From Octopus sinensis (lineage: Eukaryota), in contig NC_043004.1 of the NCBI RefSeq assembly GCF_006345805.1, positions 73,222,001 to 73,286,000 on the forward strand: DNA of 64,000 bases, read 5' to 3'. The notes under the pieces were generated by a model. That model made no database searches. It saw only the letters and a list, made by a program, of their open reading frames with translations, and was not told where the DNA came from. Below are positions 13,150 through 27,829 of the stretch, piece after piece. Every line of letters starts with the position of its first letter. Position 1 is the first letter of the stretch. Both the position numbers and the translations under genes were made by a program.

Positions 13150-13810
13150 TGGAATTAGAAACAGAAAGTGGAAAAGAAATATAAATTGTTTTAATCCTCC
13201 AATTAATGTAGCAGTTACCACACTTATTGCAAAAGTACTCGTGAAACATTTCACAACACCGCATAAATGTTACCAAATGTTCAACGGAAATATTATTAAA
13301 ATTTGTTACTCTTCTACACCCACACTATTCGCAGCTACTCACTTGTTCTAACCTCTCTAAACTGAACCAAACCGAACGCTAATCTATTTATCTTTAAAGT
13401 CAATCACCGCAATTGTCTCCACACTAAAACCTCTACACTAAATTCCAACTGTTCAGCGAAGAAATATCGTTTACTAATATACAGTATGCAAAAGCTGCTC
13501 TTTTAAGACATATATCGGTTTCACCTCTAATTCTCTCACACTACTCCTTAATGGGAAATTAACATACGTATACAGTCTGAAACCCAATGTGAAGGAACGA
13601 CACTAAACTTTCCAGTTACATCTGGGATGTGCAATCTAGAAATATGGAATATCAACCCATAGGATGGAACATCTCATCAAAGACAAATTGACACCTTGTA
13701 AATTATAGACCCTGCAACCTCTGCACCACCGAAAGTATATACATGTTTTTTTCTTTCACCAAGAGAATCCTCAACAAACCTTCTAAAAGAATTTCGTTCT
13801 ACATACATAA
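13150..13810 (+). mobile_element. Penelope-like retroelement remnant (RT-EN linker and GIY-YIG endonuclease), degenerate
   Basis: Successive frames give WKRNINCFNPPINVAVTTLIAKVLVKHF..QMFNGNIIKICYS (WFNPP-type linker), RNCL..LNSNC, NIVY*YTV..KTYIGFTSNS (YIG 13511-13519), TKLSSYIWDVQ..IGWNI, PCNLCTTE (13710-13733); several stops and frameshifts. Confidence 0.8.
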
Positions 13811-15004
13811 AAACTTTCAGAACTTTCAGACATTACAAGCCTTTAACTCAGCCCTACAAGTAGCATGTTCTAGTGACCACCCTGACTTAAACGGTTCCCT
13901 TTTCACAAGTTTCTTAACTGCTTTACTCCATATTCTCAGGAAACGTTGCACTTTGTTTTACAGTGTTGTTGTTCCTATAGCTTATCGTGGTGAACTTAGC
14001 GCTAAACTTATAACTTAGAACAACGGCAACTTCAGCATTAGAAATAAAGTACAAAAATAAAAACTTGAGCCGAAGGAAATAAGTGATGGTCTCTATTGGT
14101 ATTCTACAGATCATAAAATTTAATAATTTTGTTGTACCTTAGGATAGTTATTACGCCAATAATCATAACACACGCACAGGTTTAATACCACTTCTTTACT
14201 GTTAGTCAATTGGTTAAATATCTAACCAACTAACTAATCGATCGTTTGTTTAATGTGTTGGTTAAACAATCGATTGGCTTTTTGTTAGTCAAAGTTCTTT
14301 CGTCGCTTTTCGCGACCTTTTCAGTGACTTAGTGACTTTCGCCCTGGCTCCAATATTGGCGTAAGGACTCTTCTAAGTCACAATAAAATTTGTTTCAACA
14401 CACGAATTCACATCAAGAAACTCGCAAACCAAATACAAAAAGGAATTAAAATTTAATAAGTTCCATGGAAACAGGGGATTTCAATAGTTCGGGTAGAGCT
14501 TTTATTGAAGAAATGGGAAATATGTTCAATGACTAAAGAGGGCTGTTGTGACCTCAGACACAATGTAGAGGGCAGTAGCGTAGCTAGGGATCTTCGAGGG
14601 CAACGCTTTTATGGTGGCGGCACTTTCAGGTCTACTTTATAAGCCTGTATAAGGCTTCGAGCCCCCGGAGGGCAGCTACAAACTCGAAGACTGTCACAAA
14701 TAACACATACTAGCTACACCATAATAGAGAGTAGTCAAAGTATGAACTTCCGACCTTTGAATTGGTTGACCGATATTCTGTCTTTTCAGCTATCGGTAAT
14801 TTCAAACTAAGCATTTAATAGAACAAAATCTAAAAATTAATTTCGCATCACTTAATTCGATGATCCAAGGAAAACAAGAAATCAAAAGCATCCATTTTAA
14901 GTCTGAATAAGTTCTCTGAAAGTGTATTCTCTCTGTTAGTATATGGTTAGCTAACAGAACAGTTGCTGCTACAATGCCTTAGGAAGCATTTACATCGCAT
15001 CTTA

Positions 15005-15110
15005 GGTGGACATTTCCCAGGAAACAATATCAAAAACTCATTAGCATGATGCCTGAAATGGTAAACAAATTAAAATCGGTAAAGGGCACATCTCTCCTAA
15101 ATACTAAATT
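15005..15110 (+). mobile_element. Possible Tc1-like transposase C-terminal relic
   Basis: DISQETISKLISMMPEMVNKLKSVKG resembles the Tc1 end motif (I..LI.SMP.R...VI..KG); no catalytic motif or TIR seen. Confidence 0.3.
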
Positions 15111-16344
15111 CTGAATTCAACTGAATCAAATTTCATTGCTTGTTCCTACAGACTAATCATTAAACCATCATGATGACATTTTTAATTTTGACATATTTCT
15201 TTCCTCATATATATATATATATATATATACATATATATATTATATATATATATATATGCGACGCACTCTGAAACACTTAATATATCTCAGTGTTCCCTTT
15301 CAGCTCATCCATCCACATCAATGTCAGTCCTAATTATATACTTGAAAACAAACCTAAATTTAATATAATTTTTTAAAGGCGGAGGCGTGACTGTGCAGGA
15401 CCTAGCTTCACAGCCACAAAGTTCCGTGTTCAATTCTACTGTGGATCAACGAAAGCCTTTACTCTATATTCTACTTCTTATCGTATTTGGTTAATTATAG
15501 TGTCGTTGGCTACATGCTTCCGAAGCACCAATCATCGGAACACTGTATTTCCGGCGGAGAGAGTGACAAAGAAGGGTTAGTGGACCTCAAAGTAGAACAG
15601 ATACTTTTTAAAGAAAGACCCTTGATTAAAGGGATTTTCTATAAAAAGCACTAATTTTTTTCTGATTTTCTCACCAATGTTTGCATTATTTGCCAATATA
15701 CATTGACGAAAGATAAACGCATACGACCGACGCTCTTTTGTTTTTAATAATTTGAAGTCTTCTTGCAAAAAGGAAGCTGTTTTCTAACAAAGATACAAAG
15801 CTCCATCGTTGTGATGTAGGTAACAAAAACAATTTCACATTTTGAACTTGACAAAACTTTTGCATACTTTTATTGTTCCACTTACAGATTGTAATGTGCG
15901 AGTTGATTTCTTTTGTGTGTGTGTGTGTGTGCCCGTGTGTGTGTATGTATTATGTATGTACAACAGGCCTCACAAGTTTCTGTTTCCCAGTGAGATTGAA
16001 CCCAGAATCAAGACGGCATGAGATGGTAAAAAGACATCAGTGCTTCGAATAAGTTTCAGGTAAAATTCTAGGGTTGATTTCAAACTCTTAAATGCTATGC
16101 TCCAACACGGGCGCAGTCCAGTAACTAACACCACTAAAATTACGATTTCTGCTTCAAGATCAAGGCCAGCAATTTCGAGTAGTGACTGCCTGTCGATTAC
16201 ATCAACTCCAGTTCTTGACTGGTATTTATTTTATATTATCAACTCTGGAAAGATGAAAAGAGAAACTGACTTCGGCAGTGTTTGAAATCAGAATGTAAAG
16301 AAATGGAAGATATGCTGCAAGGTAAATAAAACAAAAATAGAAAT

Positions 16345-16592
16345 GTTTCCTTCGCGGGCCATGCCAGGCTCATAAGGGCCGGTTTCTCGGTTTCAGTGGC
16401 GTAGAAATTCCCCAGCTGGACGGGACGCCGGTCCGTCGCAGGATTACTCGTTTTTGCCAGCTGAGTGAACTGGAGCAACGTGAAATGAAGTGTTTTGCTC
16501 AAGAACACAACGCATCGCCCGGTCCAAGAATCGAAACCACAATCTTACGATCATGAGACTAATATCCTAACCACTAAACCAGGCGCCTCCAC
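16345..16592 (-). mobile_element. tRNA-derived SINE, family C
   Basis: Minus-strand head TGGTTTAGTGGTTAG and B-box-like GTTTCGATTC; shared body CAGCTGAGTGAACTGGAGCAACGTGAAAT..AGTG also at 45055 and 55490; tail shared with 29297-29575. Confidence 0.8.
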
Positions 16593-17519
16593 TTACGCTG
16601 CAAGATATTCTGCCGAAATCCTAGCAATTCTGCCAACAGCAACAATAATAATTATGCTTCTAGTACAAGCACAAGGCCAAAAATGTTGGTGGGAGAGGTT
16701 AGTCAATTACATCGACTCCAGTATGTGACCGGTACATTATTTTGTCGGCCCGAGAGGACAAAATACAAAATTTATCACCTTGGCGAGATTTGAACGCAGA
16801 ATGTATTTTTTACAAAGGCAAAGAAAAAAAACAGATTTACCATGAAGCATAAGTACCAGCGTGGTGGTGGTGGTAGTGGTGGTGGAATCGATAAATCGTC
16901 TAACAAAAATGCCATGTACGGTTGCAGAATTTGTTTTGACTCTTTACGTTCTGATTTCAAATCTTGCCGTTTTCTGATGTCGGAGAATTAAAGTACTAGT
17001 CAAGTACTGGGGTCAACTAACTGTTTACCCTTAAAATTGATGGCCTCATGCCAAAATCAGAAACCGTTTTTGTTGTTTTTTGTTTTGTTTTTTGGCGTTT
17101 TTTTTGTTTTTTGTTTTTTTTGTTATTGCTGTCAAGACGTGTTATTTGGGGTCTTGCAAATTAGAATTTACTAACTGGTTTGAAACATGGAAAATGTGTG
17201 TATACTATTGCAGAACAAAGGTGTATATCACTCGGGGGTGTTTGGCGAAAATAGCCCTTTAGGGCAAAATAACAGTTTACCAGAAGGATTCTGGTTCTTC
17301 TTGTTCTATCATATTTTAACATGGCGGCACAAAAACAACAAGCAGGGTACACACAGTAAAAGAATAATAATAAATAAATAAAAAGGGGCCTTCGAGTTTT
17401 CTAACCAAAAGGCTTCTTTTTAACACATTTACACGCAATTATTTTAAAGCTTTTCTATTTCGAGTTCAGCTGTTAGAAGAAAAATGAATTATTTCATATA
17501 GATGTGTGTGTGTCTATGT

Positions 17520-17710
17520 ATAGTCGCCATGATAGATCGTTAGCCACTACATACATTTTTTCTCTCCTTGTTTTTTCTGTGTCCCTCTCTGTAGAAGAGC
17601 GTAGGCTCGAAACGTAAAAGACTTATTCTATTCCTGAGCGTTATTCTACTACATCTGTTTGTTTTGTACACCACCTGTCTTCGTCTTTTGTTTTTTTCGT
17701 AAACTCTCCC

Positions 17711-17712
<2 letters not shown>
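17520..17712 (+). mobile_element. Hammerhead-bearing short repeat (Penelope pLTR-like), with related minus-strand copies at 25880-26010 and 31340-31460
   Basis: CTGTAGA-A-GAGC-GTAG-GCTC-GAAAC-GTA-AAAGA at 17589-17621; shared flank CCTGAGCGTT..TACATCTGTTTGTT..CACCTGTCTTCG in all three copies. Confidence 0.6.
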
Positions 17713-17743
<31 letters not shown>

Positions 17744-17749
17744 TATATA

Positions 17750-18127
17750 GGCGTGGGAGTTGCTATGTGTCTGGGTTCAGTCCCACTGCGTGGTACCTTA
17801 GGCAAGTATCTTCTCCTCGGGTCGATCAAAGCCTTGTGAGTAAATTTAGTAGACGAAAACTGAGAGAAGCCCGTCGTATATATGTGTATATATATATATA
17901 TATATGTATGTGCGTGTGTGTATATGTTTGTGTGTCTGTGTTTGTCTCCCAACATCGCTTGACAACCGATGCTGGTGTGCTTACGTCCCCGCAACTTAGC
18001 GATTCGGCATAAGAGACCAATAGAATAAGTACTAGGCTTACAAAGAATAAGTCCTGGGGTCGATTTGCTCGACTAAAGGCGGTGCTCCAGCATGGCTACA
18101 GTCAACTGACTGAAACAAGTAAAAGAG
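17750..18127 (+). mobile_element. tRNA-derived SINE, family A (near full length)
   Basis: GGCGTGGGAGT head, GGTTCAGTCCCACTGCGTGGTACCTTAGGCAAGT, internal (TA)n/(TG)n, tail GAATAAGTCCTGGGGTCGATTTGCTCGACTAAAGGCGGTGCTCCAGCATGG..GAAACAAGTAAAAGAG. Confidence 0.9.
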
Positions 18128-18927
18128 TATGTACTTATACCAGCATATTTTACGGACTTCTTTTATAGTATAGATTTTGTATTGTATGTATGGGCCCTTG
18201 TAGCCATTAAAGAAGATTATTAGTAAATTGAAAAAATAAAACTGGTCTTTTTATGATCTCGGTCCAAATCCTGAGATGGACAACTTTTCATTCCATCCTT
18301 TTGCGATGTTGTTTTTGTTGTTGTTGTTTAGTCTCAGGACAGTTCTGAGCGAGTAAATTTAAGATAACAAGTACTCAAATTACGACTGTGGGCAATATAT
18401 ACCCAGGATTTGATTATCTAATGCCTGTTTTTAACAAAAAAAAAAAAAAGACGATAGTGTATTATTCGGGGGGATTTTAGCTGATATTTCTAGCTGGTAA
18501 AGTTAGACGTAAATGCTCTTTGGAAACGAGTCAAGTGTTGAGAGTTGATATAATTCACTATTCCTTCCTCACCCAAAACGTGTGACCTTGTGCTTATGTA
18601 AGAAATCATCATTCATTATCGTTACCACACTCATTATCATCATCCTCATCATCATCATCATCATCAGCGGCGGCGGCGGCGGCGTCATCACAAGCTGTAA
18701 CCTTATTAATGAACCTATTCAAGAGTAACTATCACGTTTCTAGATATTTGGATGGAGGGGGTGGTCTTACACTATTATTATAACAATCAAGGTCGTAACG
18801 CCAACGGAAGTAAGAAACAGGAGAGTGAGGAGAATAGTTAGACAGACCCCAGACCCCCATCCAGCATGGAAAAACTCAGGCGAAAATCTGGGAAAGAAAA
18901 ACTGCGCCTTAAAACACACACACACAG

Positions 18928-18989
<62 letters not shown>

Positions 18990-19687
18990 CCCTGTAGAGC
19001 TGACCCTAACACTAAGAATTCGAATAATTAAAGTGACAAAAGATTAGGAAGTGAAACGAAATGATTGTGGAATGAAATGAAATACGCTGTGAAAAGATCG
19101 TGTTTACAAAGAAGGATACTTTTTAGTGAAAATGTCTGGACGTGAAAGGAATTCTTTCGGATATAGGGACAAAAATAGAGTGGGGCAAGAAAAAGAAGGT
19201 TACCAGATGGTGCAAGGACAAGAAATACACAAATAACAGTACCACACACACACACACATATATAAACGGTGTCTGATCTGAAATAGTATGAAATGAATGA
19301 ATGAATGAACGAAAGAAAGAAAGAATGAAATAGAAGTCATTCGTAAGCATGAGGTACCCGGATGTGCAGGACAGACGACGACTATGACGTCATCATCGCC
19401 GTCGTCGTGGGACGCATGACTTTCTGCATTGTTACGCGTCAATCATTACCCAATCTGTCTTCATACTGGTTATCTATGGGGAGAGTCTCCTCCCGAATCT
19501 ATTTCCACAACGAAAGGTCGTCTCATGTCTGAGCGTGCACGAACATGTCAAATACCATTGTACACGCATATATTTCCATCCAACGCTGCTTCTTGTGACT
19601 GTATTTCCCTAATATCAGCTGGACCAAGTTTTACGCCCATCAGCAAATTTGCTGTTTTTAAATAACTTTGAAAGGTTATTCGATATT

Positions 19688-19728
19688 AGCGGCTGATGAT
19701 GTGTAACGGCATAGAAATGCATCCGGTT
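19688..19728 (+). ncRNA. Candidate type I hammerhead ribozyme with intact core
   Basis: AGCGG-CTGATGA-TGTG-taacgg-CATA-GAAA-TGCAT-C-CGGTT; helix III palindrome ATGCAT, AUC triplet, helix I 4 of 5 pairs. Confidence 0.5.
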
Positions 19729-20040
19729 CATGACCCGATGACGTCATTTATAACCTAATGCGTTTCCACATGTTGCTATTATGGAGAGTTTGCGCAGCGA
19801 AAGGTCTTCCCACATCCGAGTGTACATGAACGTATTAAATATCATTGTAGATGCATATATTTTATTCTATACTGCTAGTGCGACACTATTTAATATATCG
19901 ATTTTTTTCTTTTTGTGCAAAGCGACTAGCATGATTTCTAAGAGTATTTGCCGAGTAATTTTTATTCGAAAGTGGGTACTTTTGTTTTCGCCAATAAATT
20001 TTTTATCATACACACACACACACTCTCTCTCTCTCGCTTT

Positions 20041-20105
<65 letters not shown>

Positions 20106-20683
20106 GAGTTATTACTCTAAGTTCTATTTCGTTTTAATTATACAAATAATCCTATTTCTCAACTCATTTGGCATATGCCTGAGTCTTATGCCTGATTGTA
20201 GCGATGGTAGGACAACTGCTATGCTAATGACACCTTTTGAGGTAGAAACGTGTTCACAGTTCTCCTTTATCTTTGGGTAAAACAAACTTTTTCTTCCTTA
20301 ATGGCATGTTAATTCCATAGAATTGTTGATTCCATAAAAATTACTGATTCCGCAAAGAGACTGTTGGAATTGCCGCTATGTGTTAGTTTACCTCCTCTCG
20401 AAGCGGAGATAATTTTAATAAGACACTTTTTTTATGTGGTATTTAGTATATTTTTCTTCATCTCAGTTGATCAAATTTAAGCTGCTGAACCCTCCGAATT
20501 ATTTCTCTTAGCTCGCTCTCCTTTCTTTCTCTCTGTCTGTCTGTCTCTCTCTCTTTTTCCGCATGTGTGTGTGTGTCTCTGTGTGTGCGTGCGTGCGTGT
20601 GTGTGTGAGTTTGTGTTAGTGTGGGTGAGAAAATGAGTGAGTGTGAGTTTGTGCGAGTGTGTGTGCGCGCGCGTGCTTAAGGC

Positions 20684-20825
20684 ATCAAGTTGGCAGAGCC
20701 ATTCGAGCGTTGAGATGGATTACATTACAATAATCGTTCTGGCTCTTCGCGCGCCGAATTCAAATCCCGCCAAGGTCACCCTTAGCTTTCATCCTTTCGG
20801 TATCGATAAAGTGCCAGCGCTGTAG
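20684..20825 (+). mobile_element. tRNA-derived SINE, family B fragment
   Basis: GGCATCAAGTTGGCAGAG head, TTCAAATCCCGCCAAGGTCA..CTTTCATCCTTTCGG..CGATAAA body as in 43322-43738. Confidence 0.65.
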
Positions 20826-21714
20826 TGAGACCAGTTATTCCCTTTCTCTAATTGTTTCCCTTTCTCCTTCTGGTAGAAATCGACTGTGGCCAGGTCTAGC
20901 GAGAAATGGGTTCCGTCACGTCTAAAAAGCTAGACACGTGGTATAAACCGACCACACCCTTGCGACTCCATCAAAGAGTTAAAAAGCCCATGGCATGACA
21001 CGGCATATACATATAAGCTTAGAAATAGTAGCCAAATCTACATCAAATCGCAGCCTTCTGTATTAGAGAAATGACGTACTGATTACGCAATTTCTGATAT
21101 ACCAAAAAAATGCAAATCAGTCGCAGCTGTAACGTAAAATGAACACAAGTCTGCTTGATCAGGGCCGACCTGGGGTTAAAACAACAACAACAACAACAAA
21201 CTCGCTTAGAGCCTGACATACCACCCCGTCCATACTCTCAATATGAAGTCAGTTGTTTGCTTTTACTGTTTCTAAGAATAAAAGCAATGTGAATCACCAC
21301 CGCCGCCACCGAGCCGAGGGCAAATTCGTGATGGTGGGGGGTGATATTGGTGTTAAGTCGACATGTGGAGGCTACCGGAATTAAGAAATCAACATGAGGT
21401 ACATTTGGTGGAGATTTGTGAAAAGGAGGAGGAGGAGGAGGAAAGAGCGAACAGGACAGAATGGAGGGCAGGATTTTGTTAAAATGTTTGGTAAACGTAT
21501 TAAGTATTTTAGAAAAACAAGCATGGCTGCGTGATTCAGAAATTCGTTTCGTAAACACGCGGTTCCGTGTTCATTCCCACTGCGAGGCACATTGGGCACG
21601 TGTCTACTACTATAGCGCCAAAAAGTTGACCAATATCTTGAAAACCTTGCCAGCAATTTGTCAAAAGGAAACTATACAAAAGTTCTTGATGTATATAAAT
21701 ATATATATATTTTT

Positions 21715-21914
21715 TTATTCTTTTCGTTCTTTCAGTAATTTGACTGCGGCCATGCTGGAGCACAGCCCTTAGTCGAACAAATCGACCCCAGGACTTATTC
21801 TTCTTAAGAATAACACTTATTCTATCGGCCTCTTTTGCCGAACCGCTATGTTACGGGGACGTAAACACAGCAACATCGGTTGTCAAGCGATGATGGGGAA
21901 CAAATACAGATATG

Positions 21915-21957
<43 letters not shown>

Positions 21958-22105
21958 CGACAGTCCTCTTTCAGTCTCCATCTACCAAATCCACACGCAT
22001 GGCATTGGTCGGCCCGAGGCTATAGTAGTAGGTGCTGTGCGGTGTAACTGAACCCGGAACCATGTGGTTGGGAAGCAAGCTTCTTACCACAGCCACTCCT
22101 GTACC
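21715..22105 (-). mobile_element. SINE family A
   Basis: Reverse complement of the family A head and tail, with internal (TA)n. Confidence 0.88.
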
Positions 22106-22117
22106 TGTATGTATATG

Positions 22118-22191
<74 letters not shown>

Positions 22192-22204
22192 CACACACAC
22201 ACAT

Positions 22205-22573
22205 CTTTTATCTTTTACTTGTCTCAGTCTAGGGCACCGCCTTGAAGGGATTTAGTCGAACAAATCAAACCCAGGACCTTTTTTTTTAAGTCTATACTTA
22301 TTCTACCGGTCTCTTTGCCGAGCCGCTAAGTTACGGTGACGTCAACCAGTTGTCAATCGGGAGTGGGGGACAAACTCAGACACAAAACACACACACATAG
22401 ATATATATACATATATATATAAATAAATGCGACAGGCTTCTTTAAGTTTCCGTCAACCAAATCCACTCGCATGGCTTTGGTCGGCCCGAGGCTATAGTAG
22501 CAGGTGCCGTGCAGTGTGACTGAACCCGGAACCGTATGGTTGGGAAGTAAGCTTCTTACCACACAGCCACGCC
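22205..22573 (-). mobile_element. SINE family A, tandem to the preceding copy
   Basis: Same motifs; separated from 21715-22105 only by a (TA)n tract. Confidence 0.85.
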
Positions 22574-22574
22574 C

Positions 22575-23514
22575 GGAATCTGCAGCCCTTTACTAAGCTG
22601 CACCAGTAACGCCAAGCTTAGTCAGACCCTTGGAGAGTGAACGCCCAACAAAACCCTGGCTAGTAACTTCTATTATTTCGCTACGTGCTTTCTAGCCCTG
22701 GTTTTACTGGTTCCAGGTATTTGGCAGGTATATATTTCACTCAAGAACCTTCTTTAGGTGTTCAGTTAGTTGCCATATGGTCGCCTGTTTGGTGGAATTT
22801 GAGAAGACCGCTAAGTCTGAGCGGAAAGACGTTGTGCTCTAGGAACTTTAATTGTACGTGTTCATGTCACCAGCTGTAACGGACATTGGTCAAGGCTCTG
22901 TGACAGCTGCTGAGGAAATATTGAAGGAGCACTCTTTCAGTACACGAGGGACAGGAGGATTTCGCTCTTATCCCATGTGTAAATGTTTATCGGACTTGAT
23001 AAATTGCCGAAGACAACCTGGATCAGAAATTTGATGCGCTCAATGTCTGTATGACACAGATCTAACCAAGTGATGTTCTGCTGCTGTATGTTGGCCTACC
23101 TTGTCCAGGCTCCTTGTTGGCTGAGTTCCATCATCCCGCCAGCCTGTGCTTCTTCTACGCCTTCACGGAATTCTTCTTGGAGATGTGGCGCTTTTACTTT
23201 GCTGCTTCCAATCTGGTAGACTAAAAATTAGCCCAAGCTTGAATGCTCAATCACCACCAGTACCAAACAACAACTCTCTGGCAGCACTCCCCTTTCTACC
23301 TCTGCAAACTTCAATGCCAGCTTCTGCTACTTTGGTGCCCTTGGAACCTGTATACTTCACAGCTTTCCTTGTTCCTAACACTACGAGCCTTTCACAGTGG
23401 CTGCAGAAAGGTGTTGGTTGATCCGTACAGAGCGATATTGCTTAGGTTCCCTGGTAAGCGAAGCCACCTCCTCAAAAAACTGATGATCTTCTTTGAGGTT
23501 TCTACAGTTGGCAC
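22575..23514 (-). mobile_element. HERO-like (R2-group, restriction-like endonuclease) LINE remnant
   Basis: Minus-strand frames read VPTVETSKKIISFLRRWLRLPGNLSNIALYGSTN, VAEAGIEVCRGRK, LQEEFREGVEE..SQQGAWTR*..ITW.DL..RIKFLIQVVFGNLSSPINIYTW, FLSSCHRAL..RYSW*HEHV, QG*KARSEIIEVTSQGFVGRSL..LGVTGAA; these match my recollection of the post-RT and RLE region of HERO-type elements; the PD..ELT segment appears deleted. Confidence 0.75.
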
Positions 23515-23569
23515 ATAAACATATGTACGTTTGCGTGTGTATAAACAGATATTTGTAAATATATATACA

Positions 23570-23625
<56 letters not shown>

Positions 23626-24473
23626 AATATATAGAGAGAGAAAGGAGAGAGAATGGCTTTTGTGTGTTTGTATATATACACATGTGTGAGTATAAGAGTG
23701 TGTCTGTGTGTGTGCGTGTGTACGTGTGTGTGTATGCATATGTGTGTGTGCATGATATATATTAACACATAAATGACAGACAGGCAGACAGACAAACAGA
23801 CAGATAAAATAGACAGACGTGTGTGTTTGTCTACAGACTAACACATGAAATAAAAACTGGAACTGCAAGCGTTCTGGTAGTCATTACAAAACCACTTTCT
23901 AGTTCATGTATGCATATACGTGTGCGTGTGTGTATGTGTGTGTGCGTGTGCGTGTGTGTATGTGTGTGTGCGTGTGCGTACACAAAAAAAACACATATAT
24001 ATATATTTGAACTGGAAAAGATATATGTATACGTTTCTGTATATTTACAGGCACACATACAGACACACACACACACCCACACACACACACACACACATAG
24101 ACCCATTCACTCCCCTTCTTTGTGTATGTATGTTTGTTTGTCTACTGACTTAAAACAGAAACAAGAGATGATGAAATAAGCATCAGATCTAACGACGACC
24201 ACCAACTTGGTGTGTTTTTGTATCAAAAGCCTCCATTCTACGACAACCGTGTCCACTTATCCCTATTTAGCTTCCATTTCTTAAACACATGATAGATTTA
24301 TTTCCTTTCAGCACTCCACCAAAGTTTACGTACACAACACAACCACAACTCTTCCCACTACCCTACTATTTTAGTAAATTATACGTAACGCAATCCATCT
24401 TTCTCGCTCTCCATCTCTCCATCTCTCTCTCTATCTATCTATATATCTATCTATCTATCTATCTATCTATATA

Positions 24474-24531
<58 letters not shown>

Positions 24532-24577
24532 ACGGGGGGGAGAGAGAGCGGGGGAGAGAGAGAGAGAGACGGAGAGA

Positions 24578-26575
<1,998 letters not shown>

Positions 26576-26982
26576 AAATCACAAACTACACTAGCTAGAA
26601 ACATAGAAATGTTTAGAGAGTAAACAACTCCAAGACGCTACCAGCACGAAAAACAAACGTTAAGCTAGTGTTAACATATTTGATGCATATTTGAACATTA
26701 AAAAGGCTAACTAGAAATAATTATGCGGTAAGCAAAAAGCATTAAAAAACATTAACCACATTGATGCCAGCAGACTGTGGGATCTGCTGCTTTTGAATAA
26801 TTAAAAAAACAATATGTATTTTTGTTATGGCTAAGTTGGAGCAGGAAAGACGGTACCCAATGAACTTGAAGTATCTCCAAGACTGTCGTAGTGGAAAGGG
26901 AAGAAGAAACCATAATTCATGCGTTAATTTGTGTGGGGGGGGGTGTTGGATAGATAGATAGATAGATATGCAAGTTCGTATG

Positions 26983-27036
<54 letters not shown>

Positions 27037-27037
<1 letters not shown>

Positions 27038-27204
27038 TTCGTTAGCACGCTGGACTAAATGCTTAGCAGTATTTCGCCCGAGGTCAACTTTGCCTTTCAT
27101 CCTTTCGGGGTCGATAAATTAAGTACCAGTTGCGTACTAGGGTCGATGTAATCGACGAGTCCCCTCCTAACAAATTTCAGGCCCTGTGCCTTCAGTAGAA
27201 AGGA

Positions 27205-27257
<53 letters not shown>

Positions 27258-27267
27258 AATATTATTA

Positions 27268-27300
<33 letters not shown>
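27037..27300 (+). mobile_element. SINE family B with (TTA)n tail, preceded by another (TTA)n tract
   Basis: GTTAGCACGCTGGACTAAATGCTTAGCAGTATTTCGCC..GAGGTCAACTTTGCCTTTCATCCTTTCGGGGTCGATAAATTAAGTACCAGTT..GAAAGGATC then (ATT)n. Confidence 0.8.
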
Positions 27301-27301
<1 letters not shown>

Positions 27302-27829
27302 CGTCTTTCAATTTTGTTTCCATTTCTTTCAGAGTGTTTTTCCAACACCCAGGGCAAAGAAACTCACTGTATACATTGAGATGTACGAAATATAATAGCA
27401 AAACAGGCCTTAAATCACGCACCAAATTTTTTTGGTGGGGTTGGGTTGCATAATCCTATGAATTCCCGTGCATAGAACACAAATTCGCAAAAACTTTTTG
27501 ATAATTCCCAAAAATAAAGAGTTATGAGAGGTTATACAGCGTGCGTAAAGCAAAGTTCCGCCAATATTTCATTCGTTTACAGTTGACAACACGTGCAATC
27601 ACGCTGAAAATGACATCTTTCAACTCCTGTTTTCTGACCGCGTAAAAATTATCAAACCTCTGCAACATTTTTTTTTTTTCTTTTAAATTTCTGGAAAAAG
27701 TGAATTATCTCCTGAGATTCAGCGTAGAAAAGTACATCAATACAACAGATTTAAAAATGTTCCCTAAACTTGAGAATTTCCACAAGTGCAGTCAAACAGA
27801 AAAAAGTCCATTTTATTTATTTTTTTTAA

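Noticed and set aside
13689-13691. In-frame TGA in the Penelope-like endonuclease as possible selenocysteine
   Set aside because: Not at a conserved Cys position, the copy has other stops and frameshifts, and no SECIS was seen
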